Assembly: GCF_030144855.1 (NCBI RefSeq)
Contig: NC_082716.1
Span: forward strand, 46,252,001-46,316,000
Direction of reading: 5' to 3'
From: Hypanus sabinus
Lineage: Eukaryota
DNA length: 64,000 nt
Under the pieces are notes generated by a model. The model searched no databases. It saw only the letters and a list, made by a program, of their open reading frames with translations, and was not told where the DNA came from. The translations under genes and the position numbers were made by a program. Below are positions 50,854-63,935 of the stretch, piece by piece. Each line of letters begins with the position of its first letter. Positions within the stretch are counted from its first letter, which is position 1.

Positions 50854-52390
50854 CAGACATCCCACCCTGCAAAATCTCATTTCAGGGAGGGAGCACCACC
50901 ACCCCGTTCCCCCAGTCGACCTCCAAGGGTGTATGTATACAGGACATTTGATTATGAAAGAACACAATATTTGATCACATATTGAAACTATTTACACACA
51001 CATACACGTTGAGTATTTTGTTGGCAGCCTCAATGCTAATAGCTAAATGCAAATGCAAATAGCTTTTCTATTTCTTTTGCTGTACTGTGATGTGGCTTGG
51101 CGGGTCTGAGCATTTTTCCAGAAGTCTCAACCTCATAGCAGTCTGTGTCAATGAATTTGTTAATTTTGCAAGACATCAGATTCACAAGTGAGACAGCTGA
51201 CTTCTGAATTCTGAAGCACCATGCTGAATGCCCTTTCTACATCACAATTAGAATTTGGCAGCACCAAAAGCAGCTTCATCAACTGGCAGAGCTCTTTGAA
51301 TCTCAACTGCCCTGTGCTCACAGATTTTACTTTGCACAGCTTCCCCCAGAACTCATCAACTGGCAAACGTTTGTAGTTTGGCACCAGTCCTTCAAGGATA
51401 GTTGAGACATAATCCAGGACTTCCAAGTGGAGCTGTTCTCCTGCATCTGCCTTGATCACATTTGGAAATCTCTCTGACAAAGTCGAAATCTGCTCTGGAT
51501 TCACCTCATCTTGGCTCTCTGTATTGACCACTGACAGACTTTCCAAGATTTTGTCTCTCATTGGGAACTTGTCCAAGATTTTTTGAAAGCACCTGGCAAT
51601 GATGCTCAATGATGAAAGATGTAAAGTACACCTCAGCTCTAATGGCCATCTCTGTCAGACTTTGGTTTTCTGCTGAAGAGAACTGTGAGCAGCCTTCCCT
51701 GCACCTAGCCTCCCTAATATGTTGTGGTCCCTAAAAGAAATACAATCATAAGGTGTATCCTTATTATATTGTCTTATGCAGAAAATGTGGCATTAAAATA
51801 TGTACTTATATTATCATGGAGTCATTTTTTTATTCTATTACAACTTTAAGCAAGTCTACAGGGAGTTTGGCCTCATCATGTAGGACAGTAATAGAGTAGC
51901 TCCTTAGCAGCTAGCCAGCTAGTTTAAATAACGTTAGCTATGCTAATGAACAAATGACATCTGTTAAACTCACCTCAACATGTCATTTAACAGTCATTTA
52001 ACCCACCTTGGGCAGAAGAAAAGTCACTGTTGCAAACAGTGCAGCGAGCAACACTGTCATTAATTTTGACCCCTATTAGGCAGGGGTACACTTTAGTGCA
52101 GTCTGGGGTGAAGTACGTTTTATATTTTCTTTTTTTGTAACACTGCCATGGCGCAGCAGGACACAACTGAAATGATGGACAATAAAATAGAGAGAAAGGT
52201 CGACTAAAGCCAGCCCATAGAGAAAACTGATAGGTCTACTTAGCACAAAGAGAGACCAATCAGGATTCATCCTCTCTCTGTCTCTCAAAAAAATCAGTTT
52301 CCGGGATATTCTATATAATTTGCGGATGTCAGGGAGCTGCTATCAATATGTGGGAGATTCCCAGAACTTTTGGGAGAGGTGGGATGTCTG
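50854..52390 (-). mobile_element. hAT-superfamily DNA transposon, internally deleted
   Basis: 13-bp TIR CAGACATCCCACC / GGTGGGATGTCTG; flanking TAAAGG duplication; ORF 51160-51609 has the hAT dimerisation motif EFWG..LMKLLLVLPNSNCDVERAFS. Confidence 0.88.
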
Positions 52391-52437
52391 TAAAGGGTAA
52401 GAGAAGAATGAATCTGGTAGGAGAGGTGAGTGGACCA

Positions 52438-53245
52438 AAGTTTCAAAGTACATTTATCATCAAAGAATGTATAAGTTTGCTTACAGGCAGCCACCTGTAA
52501 CAATTAAGCCACCTAACCCAATTAAAACAATAAAATAAAGACCAGCACCCGATGCATGGAGAAAGGGAAGGGGAGGGGCTGAAATACAAATTATGCAATC
52601 AATAGAACTGAGCAACAACATTCCGAACCTAAATGAATCCTTAGATCCGAACCCCGGAGTAGGCCCCAAAGCCTTGGTATCCATTCATCATATTAAGGGG
52701 CACAGAGCACAGCAACCAGGGCAGTCTTCATTGCCTCAGCCCCTTGGAGCGTGGAGTAAATATTGCGGAAAAGTGAGTGATGTCTTTCCAGTCTACCTGG
52801 GCCGGCATTCAAGTTGTCCAAAATCGTCACATATCTTGTGCTAGGACCTGGCCCCGGCATAGTGAAACACACCGTGTCGAAACCCCGCCACTCAGCAACT
52901 CCCTTTGGGCCCAGATTTCGCTGCCCAGCCTGAAGCTGCACTTGATTTCTCCAAATCAGCTCGGCACCCAGAGTGATCCAACTTCACACCTGGGCCAATT
53001 GTACAGGCACTGGAACTCCTCTGCCCTGACGCCTCCAAATAGCTCACTCCATCCGCATTGATTCTGCAATGTACCAGCACAGTTCATCCCTGGAATTTGC
53101 TTCACCTCCACTCGTCTCTTTGTTGTTTGTGGTGATAATGTAACACAATTTACTTCAGAAAAGGTGCTACTAGTAATGTTTTTAGTCATTGTTTTTGCCT
53201 TTTGAACTGCTGCATACGTTTGGTAGCACCGTCTTAAACTGGAAC
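52438..53245 (-). mobile_element. Non-autonomous retroelement with a Rex1-type tail
   Basis: Minus-strand end ttgatgataaatgtactttgaaacttt; non-coding GC-rich body; interrupts the Penelope fragment. Confidence 0.5.
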
Positions 53246-54137
53246 CATAGGAGAACGGGACCCAGGGGAGGTGGTAGGAGGGTGTGAAGAGGTAAGAGAC
53301 CAGAGTGGGGAATAGGAGGGGAGGGACATTTTTTTACTGGAAGGAGAAATTGATATTCATGGTATCAGGTTGGAGGCTATCCTGATAGATCTGTGTTCAC
53401 TTTCGTTGTCATTTCTAATTGGCAGCATTAGGAAGTTTGAATAATCTGATGCTATGACATCCTCATATGTTTTGTATATCTAAGGTAGTGTTTGCAGTTG
53501 AATATTTTTATTTCTCATCAGCAGCTGTTGGATCAATTAAGAGGACATCCATTGCTATTTGTTCTAAGCATTCTTTTGTGTTTATGCTTCATCTTGACAG
53601 GCTTACTCTCATCTTGTCAATGTGGCTTTTGATTTAAAAGCTGAACAAGCTTGCACCCTCTAGGTTAAAGTAGCTCATTCAACATGTACAGTATGCACCA
53701 TTCTAAAATGTGTTGCCATTCGTTATTCAGTCTACATTCACAGTGATTCCCAAACAACTGTTCTCCAACACTAAAAGGAACAACGGCACTTAGTAAATGA
53801 AACCACCACATGCAGGTTCCCAGCCAAAGTCACACATAGATTTTGGCTCCTTAATTATCACTGGGTTTCAATCAAAGAAATGTGCTGTCAACAACATTTT
53901 GGATTATATTAACATGAAGAATTGAAGCAGTTAAAAAATTCAGCACTTCCTCAGGAACAACTGGAGAACCACTCCAGTGATGCCAACATTCCATGAGGGG
54001 ATAAATGGAGGCATGTGTATTACATAATGTATTTAAACTAATTGCATCAACCATTCCAGCAGGAAGTGAGTTCTGCATTCTCACCACCTGCTGATTAACA
54101 AAGATTTTTTTATGAACAATTTATAATATTATATGTA

Positions 54138-54620
54138 CAGGCAGTCCCCGGGTTACGAATGACTTCCGTTCCTGAGTCCATCTTTAAGTTGGATTTGTTC
54201 GTAAGTCGGAACAGGTACATCCAGTATTATTTAGCGTCAGTTAATTGAAATGTTGGTCTTTGTGTATAGTATATATTTTACCGTCAAGGAGACAGAAAAC
54301 TGCAGATTCAGCAGCAGCCGCGGGCGTCAGGTCCTCTGCTCCCCCGGGTCCTAAATTCCACCCACACTGGGCCAGGCTAAATGGGACAAGTAGGGGCGGT
54401 GCTTACTGGAAAAAGGTGGGGGTGGTGGTCAAGGTGAATCTTGCTAAGAAATATTTAAGCCAAATACAAAGTTACACACTCAACACAGTGTTAACTGCAA
54501 TGACTTAAAATGGCAGACAGCGTCGTGATCTGACTTAAAGTAGCGGACAGCATTCTCCTCCCTCCGTTCGTAAGTACAAGTTGTTTGTAAGTCGGATGTT
54601 CGTACCTCGGGGACTGCCTG
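54138..54620. mobile_element. Tigger-like MITE
   Basis: TA-caggcagtccccgggttacgaa ... ttcgtacctcggggactgcctg-TA; TA TSD. Confidence 0.9.
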
Positions 54621-54811
54621 TACTTTCGTTTATAATGCCTAGATTTGGGCTGGCCCAGGTATAACCGGCTGCTAGGAAATCTAATTAGATAAAACTGTTC
54701 TAAACAGGAATTCTTGATGATGCCCTGGGAGCTGCACACAAAAGGTCACTACCTCTTCAAGTTCCTAGGCATCAACATCTCAGAGGATTAAACCTGGGCC
54801 CGGTTCAGGGA

Positions 54812-54986
54812 GCAAACATGAGGAAATCTGCAGATGCTGGAAATTCAAACAACACACACAAAATGCTGGTGGAACACAGCAGGCCAGGCAGCATCTATAA
54901 GGAGAAGCACTGTCGACGTTTCAGGCCGAGTGCTTCTCCTTATAGATGCTGCATGGCCTGCTGTGTTCCTCCAACATTTTGTGTGT
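54812..54986. mobile_element. Penelope-derived 175-bp hairpin element
   Basis: TSD cccggttcaggga / cctggttcaggga (54799-54811 / 54987-54999); ~57-bp arms around a ~17-nt loop. Confidence 0.85.
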
Positions 54987-55304
54987 CCTGGTTCAGGGAA
55001 ATTGGATAGGTGCATGGATGAGAAGGGTTTGGACGATTTTGGGCTGGGTGCAGGTCAATGGGACAAGGCAGGTTAATGTTTCAGCACAGACTAGATAGGT
55101 CAAAGGGCCTGTTTCTGTGCTGTAGTGTTCTGTGATTATATTCTATCAATATTTATTTAATGTATTTTGGTGGTCCATTCTATTGGGTGAGATCTTTCTA
55201 TGATTCTATTACGGTACTGGATTTATTGAAGATGCCCACAAGGAAACAGATCTCAGGGTTGTATATGGACGCACATACGTACCTTGATAATTACTTTGAA
55301 CGTT

Positions 55305-56230
55305 GACTTAGGTGGTGGAATTGATAGTTTTGTGGCCAGGTTTGCATATAATACGAAGGTAGGTAAAGATGCAGGTAGTGTTGAGGAACAACTTGGACTG
55401 CAGAAGGACTTGGACAGATTCAGAGAATGGGCAAAGAAATGGCAGTCAGAATATAATGTAGGGAAGGGTGTGGTCATGTACTCTGGCAGAAGGAATAAAG
55501 GCATAGTTTATTTGCTTCAGATATCAGAGGTGCAGAGGAACTTCGGAGTCCTCATGCAGGATTCCCTAAAGGTTAACTCGCGGGTTGAGTCAGTGGTAAG
55601 GAAGGTAAATGCAATGCTAAGACTCACTTGGAGAGAATAAAAATATAAAAGCAAGGATGCAATGCTGAGACTTATAAGCCATTGGTCAGACCGTACTTGG
55701 AGTACTGTGTGCGTTTTTGGACCCCTTTTCTAAGAAAGGATCTGTTAGTGTTGAAGAGGATCCGGAGAAGGTTTACGAGAATGATCTGGGAATGAAAAGG
55801 TTAATGTATGAGGAACATTTAATGGCTCTGGGCCTGTACTCACTGGAGTTTAGAAGAATGAGGGAAATTACATTGAAAGCAATGAAGTATTGAAAGGCAT
55901 TGATAGAGAAGACATGGAGAGGATATCTTCTACCCTGGGGGACTCTGGAACTGGAGGGAACAGCTTCAGAATAGAAGGATGTCCCTTTAGAACAGTGATT
56001 AGGAGGAATTTCTTTAGCTAGACAGCAGTGAATCTGTGGAATTAATTGACACGGAAAGCTGTGGAGGCTATGTCATTGGGTATAATTAAAGCAGAGATTG
56101 ATAGGTTCTTGATTAGTAAGGGTATCAAAGGTTATGGGGAGAAGGTAGGAGGATGGGGTTGAAAGGGATAATAAATCATCAATGGCAGAGCAGACTCGAT
56201 GGGCTGAATAGCCTAATTCTGCTCCTACAA
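55305..56230 (+). mobile_element. CR1 3' fragment
   Basis: FAYNTKVG..LQKDLDRFREWAKKWQ..; CR1 3'UTR. Confidence 0.85.
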
Positions 56231-56249
56231 TATTTCTTTTGGAATGAGA

Positions 56250-56652
56250 CTGCAGAATGTTGCAGACTCATCCAGCCTTCTCATGGGCACTACCTTCCCC
56301 ACCATCAAGAAAGTCTTCAAAATATAGTGTCTCAAGAAGGTAGCATCCAGCATTTAGGACCCTCAGTATCTGGGCCATGCCCTCTGTACATTGCTGCCAG
56401 TAGGAATGAGATGCAGGAGTCCGAAGCTCCCATTCGGTGTCCCAGGAGCAGTTTCTTCCTCCCTGTCATTAGATTTCTGAATGGTCCACGAATTCATGAA
56501 CATTACCTTGCTATTCCTCTTTTGCAATATTTATTTATTTATTCATTTGTTTGTTTGTTTCATTTAGTTATTTTTATGCCATGCATGTACTGCTGCTACA
56601 AAACAATAAAATTCACAGCAGAGGTCAGTGATAATAAACTTAATACTCATTC
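56250..56652 (+). mobile_element. Rex1/Babar 3' fragment
   Basis: SSFFLPVIRFLN C-terminus; tail gtcagtgataataaac. Confidence 0.7.
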
Positions 56653-56896
56653 TGTTTTCTTTCAGTGTTGGGTGATTGAAAGGTAGAACAGGATCATGGC
56701 AATTTCTTGGCCTTTGTGTATAAATCCACTCAGTATGAGGAAATTTGGTCTAAATTGTCCAAGGAGTGAATGGTATTGGGCAGTTCCAGAATAATGAGAT
56801 CTTTCCAACATAACTGTGGACCAGGGTTCCTACCGGGTTAGTCTCTTACCAATCTTTCATGCTTTGGACCCTATGTACTATGTCTTATGATTCCAT

Positions 56897-59800
56897 AAAA
56901 CCCTCTTTGTCAAGATTCTGTATCTTAATTGTTGAAGTACCTTTTGCACAGACCTGATTAATCTCTCCCATGTTCCTCCATGAAGTGAACCAACCGGAGG
57001 GTTAAAAATCCACTTAATTCATTTTGAAGAACATCACCTATGAATGATTTTAATTTTCAATGATTTCTTGCAACTCATGCTCAGCTCCAACAAAGTGTGA
57101 CACATTGTCAGAGTGCAGTTCACGAATCTGTTCTCATCTTACAATAAAGTGTTGGTGTGTTAACAAAGGAATCTGCATAAAGAAAGTGCCACATCAATGT
57201 GAACAGCTCATAAAGCTAGATGGTAAATATGAGCCCATACCTCTTCACTGTACCCTTTCTGATGTTCACCTCAAAGGGTCCAAAGTAGTCCACTCTTACA
57301 TGTGTAAGCAGAGGTTCATCTGGAGAGACCCTGTACAGAGGTAGATCTATGTGCTGGCATCCTGGATCTGCATGCTTCAGTCAACAAACAACACACTGAG
57401 ACAGGATTCTTATAGTTGTACTAACACCAGGAACCCAGTACTTTTAGCACCAGCTGGTAACGTGTTATTATGGCCACCATGTCCCACTTCTTGTTCTACA
57501 TGCCACAGAATGAGATCTGAGATATGAAGATCCTTTGCCAGTATAACAGGATATTTAGACTCTTCAGGCATGGATGCCCTACTAAGTTGTCCTCCAACTC
57601 TCAAGGCACCACCTTCAAGTACTGAATTGATCTTGTAAATATGGCTGTACCTTTTCATACTTTCTTCTATTTGCAAACCTGAGAATTCATCTGGAAATCT
57701 CTATATTTGACAAAACCCAATGATCTCCATTTCAGTTTTTCTGAGCTTCTCAGTTGATCTGACTTATAGCCTTTTCAATTTCTTTCTCTCCAAAGAATAC
57801 CCTTGTTATTCATCATCCAAGTCAAACTGAGTAAGAGTGATATTCAATTGCTTCCTCTTCTGACTAAGAAACAAGGACAGGTTCTTAAATCTAAGAATCT
57901 AGGCCACAGTCATCCTCAAACACACCCAAGATGAGAAGTGATGGATTATACATGTTAAGGCATCCAACTCCTCTTTAATATGCATTGTAACACTCTTGAT
58001 TTCTGGATCATCTACCAGAAGTTCTCCAAAACAATCAGGATTCACAGGCCATTTCCTTTCAAGCTGAAGAAGATTCTGAGGCTCTGACACTCATGTCTCT
58101 CATTCTTCATGAGTGCTTTCACTTTTAACCCTCTAGAGGTCACATCTGCTGGGTTGCTTGAAGTGTTTCCATACCTTCATTAAGATGATTGTAAGACTTT
58201 TCAGAATTTCTGAAACTTTGCAACGATGGTTCACAGCCTAGAAATTTCATTCACAAAAGTGCTATCAGTCCAAAACATTGAGTCATGAAGCTGCTTGTGC
58301 AACTCCTTTTTCCATAATGTGTCCATTGGCTTGATATTGTAGCAGCAGTGAGCTCCGTACGAGCGATGGAAACTGACTTCAACAAAAATACCCAGATTTT
58401 CCCATGATAAAAGCACAGTGCACCTGAGAACACATATTGTGCAACAATAGGTAGATCACTGCTCCAAAGCCATCTTCGCCTGTGTCTGTAAAATGGTGTA
58501 ACTGTGCAGCAATAGCTTCAAAAAGAATCCAAGAGCTTCAAACACCTAAAAACCTTAAAGTCTTTCAATTGCTAGAGTTCTTCCAGCCAACTTGTCCACT
58601 TATGAACAACTGATGTTGGCATACTGTCATCTCAGTCAAGTCCTTTCCTACATAAATATTGTTGGATCTTCTTAGGAGATAGCACACCAGACCCAAGATT
58701 CCTAAAAGACCATAGATGGAACTAACTGTGGAAAGGTGAGTGGTCTATCTTGGATCATGATCTTAAACTTGATAGAGGCAGACTGCATGCACCATTGCAC
58801 ACTCAGTACTCTCTCCACTGAAGGTATATCTTGATGCAAATTCAAATTCTTTATGACTTTCACTCTTTTCTCTTCTGGTATCACAGTTAACACACTATGT
58901 CTGTTGCTTATCCTCTTCGTGAGTCGAAAGGTGCCTCTAGAACAAATGGTCCAAGGTCATGATAGACATGACTTCTTTCTCAGACAACACTGACACAAGA
59001 CAATCATCAACGTAGAAGCAATGCAAAACCTTATCCACTGTCTTATGGCTGAACTGTCCTTATGTGCATTTCCTAAGAGTGAAAATTTTACAGTTCTGTG
59101 ATGAAATTGCTCCAAAGAGATGTACCAGCATTCTAAAGTCTACCACATTTTTGCCAAGATTACCATCAGGCCACTAGAGAAACTCTGCAGCTCGGCATCT
59201 TCTGCTGGCATCCTAAACTGATGAAATATTGATTCAATACCTGCCATAATCACCACTTGTTCTTTTCTGAATCTGATTATGACTCCAATCAGTGAACTAG
59301 TAAGATCTGATCCTTGTAAAAGGTGAGTATTAAGTGTCATTCCCTGAAAAGTCGCTTCACAGTTAAACACAACACAAAGTTTCCTTTTTTTCTAGGGTGA
59401 TCAACACTATATCCTTCAGTGTGAAATGACAGATCCTTCTTAAACCTCTTTGATTTAGAGCATGCTCTTCAACAATCTTCCTATTATTCAGCATGTTAAC
59501 CACTTTTTTCAAAGGTAAGCTAATCTGGTAGTACTCATCCACCAGTCTTATTGAATTTGTAACCAGCTCCACAAACTTGTGATCTTCTCTTGACCAAGTT
59601 GTTCGCTCTGACTGCATTCAAGAAAGTTTGGCTTGAACTGCCTCTGTGAATGCTCATCCAAGTTCAAAACTGAGATCTTGTTCACTGTCAGCTCTGGCAG
59701 TGCACAGTCTCTTCCATCACCATGGTCTCCATTCAGTGGTCTATTCACAGGCCAACCCAGCATTGTTCTAATTGCACAGGGCTCATCATTCATACAGCAA

Positions 59801-62480
59801 ATCACTTGCAACAGCTGTCTGGCAAATAAATGAACTTGTTTCAGATGAGACCATTAATGAAAATTGCTCTGACATGGAATGTTCCCTACATGAACAGGCA
59901 TACTTCCTGTGTGAAGCCAAATTTGGAATATTGTGTACAGTTCTGGTCACCTAACCATAGGAAGGATATCAGTAAGATTGAAAGAGAGTAGAGAAAATTT
60001 ACTAGGATGTTGCTGGGTCTTCAGGAGTTGAGTTACAGGGAAAGACTGAACAGGTTAGGACTTTATTCCTTGGATTGTCGAAGAATGAGGGGGGATTTGA
60101 TAGAGGTTTACAAAATCATGAGGGGTATATACAGAGTAAATGGGAGTAGGCTCTTTCCACTTAGATTCGGAGAGATAAATACGAGAGGACATGGCTTCTC
60201 GTAAAAGAGGAAAGGGGAGAGGCTTAGGGAGAACATTAGGGGGAACTTCTTCACTCAGAGAGTGGTGGGAGTGTGGGAACGACGTGGTAAATGCAGGCTC
60301 ACTCTTAAGCTTTAAGAATAAATTGGATAGCTACATGGAGAGGTCTGGAGGGTTATGGACTGGGTGCAGGTCAATGGGACTAGCGGAATAAAGTTTTGGC
60401 ACAGATTAGAAGGGCCAAATGGCCTGTTTTCTGTGCTGTAGTGTTCTATATGTGTAGATAGTCAGTAGTTCATAATAGTTTTAACCATCTAGGCCAGCCC
60501 CTTCCAATCAAGAAACAGTGTAGCTACTCACAATCTTCTCTTGACCCATGGTGCGTAAGATAATGCGTGTCCTTTTTCCTGTGCGGTTGAACTTGTTCAT
60601 GAGACTAACTGTGCAGAACACTGCTGTGATTCCTGGGTCTAGGGATGCATAAGTAATCGCTGTCTTTTTACCCTTCTTAGCCTTCACTTGTACTGGAACT
60701 GTGGGAAGTTTACTATCATGAACACCAGCCTCTGTGAGGCCATTGGATACCAGGACACTACTCACTGCTGTGTGATTCTTTCATGGCTTGTTTTGATTCT
60801 GCACCCTTTTCTTCAGAGTGTATATGAAATATGCTGGGATGCTTGCCTCTGCATACCTTGCATGAAAGACACTTCCTACAATCCTTGCTGATGTGTTCTG
60901 TACACAAACAGCCAAAGCAGACACAATTTTCTTTTAAGAAGGCAATCTTCTCACTATGAGCCCTTTTCTGCAGCTGAGGGCACAATGTATGTTCACTCTT
61001 GTAGAACAGACAAACCCTTTTGGCTAATGAGACCACTTCCCTTCCATTAGTTCCAGGTTCAGTTTTAGCTTTAATTCTCACAGTGGCCCAGTAGTGGAAA
61101 AACTGTTTCCTTTAGCCTTAGGATGAAATAGCGACTTCGTTTTGTTTACACCTTTGCTTATTGCTGGTGATGTAGCAGCCTGTTTATTCCCAATCACCTA
61201 ATGTGTAGCAACCTTTACTTGCCCCTCTATAAAACCAGCAACATCAGTGAATGTAATCTTATGGTAATACCTTTCTTGCAGTTCATAGACCACGGTTCTC
61301 CATTTATCCTTAAGCATATAGGGTAATTTCTTTATGACATTTTGGCTTTTGTTCTGTCCCTATCTATATAGGAACATACCATAGGACTGTTCTTCTGGAA
61401 CACTTCTAGCAGTTGCCAAACTTGAAGCCCTTAGCACATTAACTTTGGACACCTGTGCAGCAATTTCTACCCGCAACCTCAGCTGTTCCTTCCTTTTCCA
61501 TAGCTGCTCCTCTTGCTCTTCCTGTGCATATTTGTCTTTCAACAATTGTTTGTCCTTCAATGCAGCTAAAAAAGCCTTCATTTTAATGTGTGCAGAGGAG
61601 CTATTAAATACCAAAGATATTCTGCCTGCAGCAGAATTTTGAGCGCTGACATTTGATACACTGCTGCTTGGGTTTATGTCATCCTGTGGGTCCTCTGCCA
61701 TAAGTGTAGTCAAAACATGATGTGGAATTTGATAAGCATGGTCTGATGGAAGGTGTGACACATATTCACTTTTTGTAGCAACATGGCCTTAAATATAACA
61801 TGTCTGGTTCAACCATTGTTCCACATCCCCTATGAATGCACTACAATAGTGATCAATGTGTGTAAAACATTTATTATGTTCTTACTGCTCGAACTTGGAA
61901 AGTACTGAGATTAGCATGTGATATTGCTTAGCAACAACTTCACAGAGATTAGTCAAGTCCTCAAAATGAGATTGCATTTGTAAGGAATTTTCTTTTAACT
62001 TCTGTAAGATTATTAGTTGGTGGTATTAAACCTTTACTTTTGCTCACATTTGTTTTATACTCCTTTTGAAGACTTTCAATCTTACCTGCTAAGGCTTTCA
62101 AATTAAGCTTAATTTCTCTTTTACCAGCCCTGATGTGAGCTTCACTGACTTCAGTTTCATACTTCGAGTCACTCATGTTACTTTTTCCTTATTGTGCTAC
62201 TCACAATTAATTTACGTTCAAACGTCAGCAACTAGAATACTTCAGCACTTCAATAAAACAAAGCGACAAACCCTCAGGCAAACACCACATGATTGAGCAA
62301 CAGTCCCCAATGGATGGGCAGTACTGACCAATCAAAACTGTGTTCAAACCACAGACACACAGATTGAATCAACAGAAGGTCGTGTTGGTCTCAGTGTTAT
62401 GATTCCAGTTTTGCCAATGGGTCTGAGGCAATCCTTTGCTATAGACTGGTGTTTGTTTGGCATAACTATATTTTTGTTTA
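56897..62480 (-). mobile_element. BEL/Pao LTR retrotransposon internal region, decayed and 3'-truncated
   Basis: gag CFGCLCTEHISKDC..CKVCRGKHPSIFH; protease ASLDPG; RT LNTHLLQGSDL..RFR and FYVDDCL (~59000); RNase H LHHFTD..GFGAV, FWTDST; integrase [11 protein letters not shown]; no LTR pair found. Confidence 0.9.
59913..60450 (+). mobile_element. CR1 3' end inserted in the BEL element
   Basis: tgtgt duplication (59908-59912 / 60451-60455); LSYRERLNRLGLYSL..RGDLIEVYKIM. Confidence 0.88.
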
Positions 62481-63252
62481 CAAAATGTACAGGTTACTTT
62501 AAAACAAACTAAAACCACTGAGAGACTAAGCCAGGAGATTCACACTGTATGACGCATTTCCAAAATCAAAAAAAGAATGTTTGATCCTTTATAATGAAAT
62601 CAGGAAAAACAAGCAATCTTGAAGCAATAAAGATCTAACAAAACTAAATTAGTGATTTAGCATTCAAATTATCAAACTAATGAAGTTAGCAGTTGGACTA
62701 TCATAGTTAAGCAAAGTTAGTGATCTAGTTGGTGTTTCAAATATATCCCAATTAGCATAACTAAGCAATCGAACCACAGTAAATTTGAGATTAACAAAAA
62801 AAAACCCATGGCTTACTCTCTCTCAATTAGACTAAACTAAACTAAGCATGAATGTGTAACTATACTCATTTGCTTCTACCACGCCCCAACCCACATGACA
62901 GATGACCATAATAAGCAGGCCACAAAATACAATACAGACAGAAAATAGACACGTGGCTCCTACACCAAAAGTAGGGTGAAATTGTGGATAGTGAATGGTG
63001 AAAGCAATGACAAAATTGGTCACTGGTGCCCTAAAGCAAACATTTCATTTGCATGGCTGTGTTAGTGTTGCAAAAGAAAACCTCTTTTGCTCAGTTCATT
63101 GTTCCAATGGATCTCTCACAGGTAGTCCTCATTATCCCATATGTCAAGGTATCTGGCCTTATCTAACAGTTAATGTTTCTATGCTTTGGTGTGATAATTG
63201 TAATTTTTTTCCTTATTCTGGCTACACTCTGGTTTCCTTGAACCATCAAAAA

Positions 63253-63935
63253 CCATAAGACAGAGGTGCAGAATTAGGCCATTTGGCCCATAAAGTCTAC
63301 TTGGCTATTTCATTGTGGCTGATTTATTATCTCTCTCAACCTCATTCTCCAGTTTTCTCCTTGTAACTTTTGATGCCCTGACTAATCAAGAACCTTTCAA
63401 CCTCTGCTTCATATATGTCCCATGACCTGGCCTACACAGCTGTCTGTGACAATGAATTCCACAGATTCTCTACCCTCAAGCAAAATAAATTCTTCCTCAT
63501 CTCTGTTCTAATTGAATGTTTCTCTATTCTAAGGCTGTGCCTCTGGTCCAAAATATTCTCTTTACATCCATTCTATCTAGGCCTTTCAATATTCAATAGG
63601 TTTCAATGAGATGCCCCTCATTCTTCTAATGTCCAGTGAGTAAATGCCCAGAGTTATCAAGTACTCTTTGCACATTAACCCTTTTACTCACAGAATCATA
63701 CTCGTGATCCACCACTGGACCATATCCAATGCCAGCACATTCTTTCTTAGATAAGGAGCACAAAAACTGCTCACAATACTCCTAGTGTGGTCTGACCACT
63801 GCCTTATAAAGCCTCAGCATTACATTCTTGCTTTGATATTTTATTCCTCTCAAAATGAGTGCTAATATTTAATTTGCCTTCCTTATCACTAACTCAACCT
63901 CCAAGTTAACCCTTAGGGAATCCTTCACGAGGATT
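63253..63935 (-). mobile_element. CR1 3' fragment
   Basis: Reverse complement of the CR1 ORF2 tail and 3'UTR (accataagacagaggtgcagaattaggccatttggccc). Confidence 0.85.

Larger units (their letters stand above)
50680..53390 (-). mobile_element. Old Penelope 3' fragment, interrupted by hAT and a second retroelement
   Basis: aatgctgccggaactcagc.. at 50690; resumes at 52391-52437 and 53245-53390 (tcaggttggaggcta = GIY-YIG C-terminal SLQPD). Confidence 0.65.

Noticed and set aside
50410-50967. 185-aa ORF upstream of mrpl55
   Set aside because: Runs across hAT, Penelope and promoter sequence, with no recognisable domain.
56153-56686. 177-aa plus-strand ORF
   Set aside because: Made of CR1 3'UTR plus a Rex1 remnant.
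62480-62830. Possible BEL 5' LTR
   Set aside because: No matching second LTR or clear TG..CA boundaries; the element is truncated in integrase.
53500-63150. Possible plus-strand exons (acceptor-like sites near 53521, 53600, 56665, 63121)
   Set aside because: No recognisable protein and no consistent phase chain; unsupported without transcripts.
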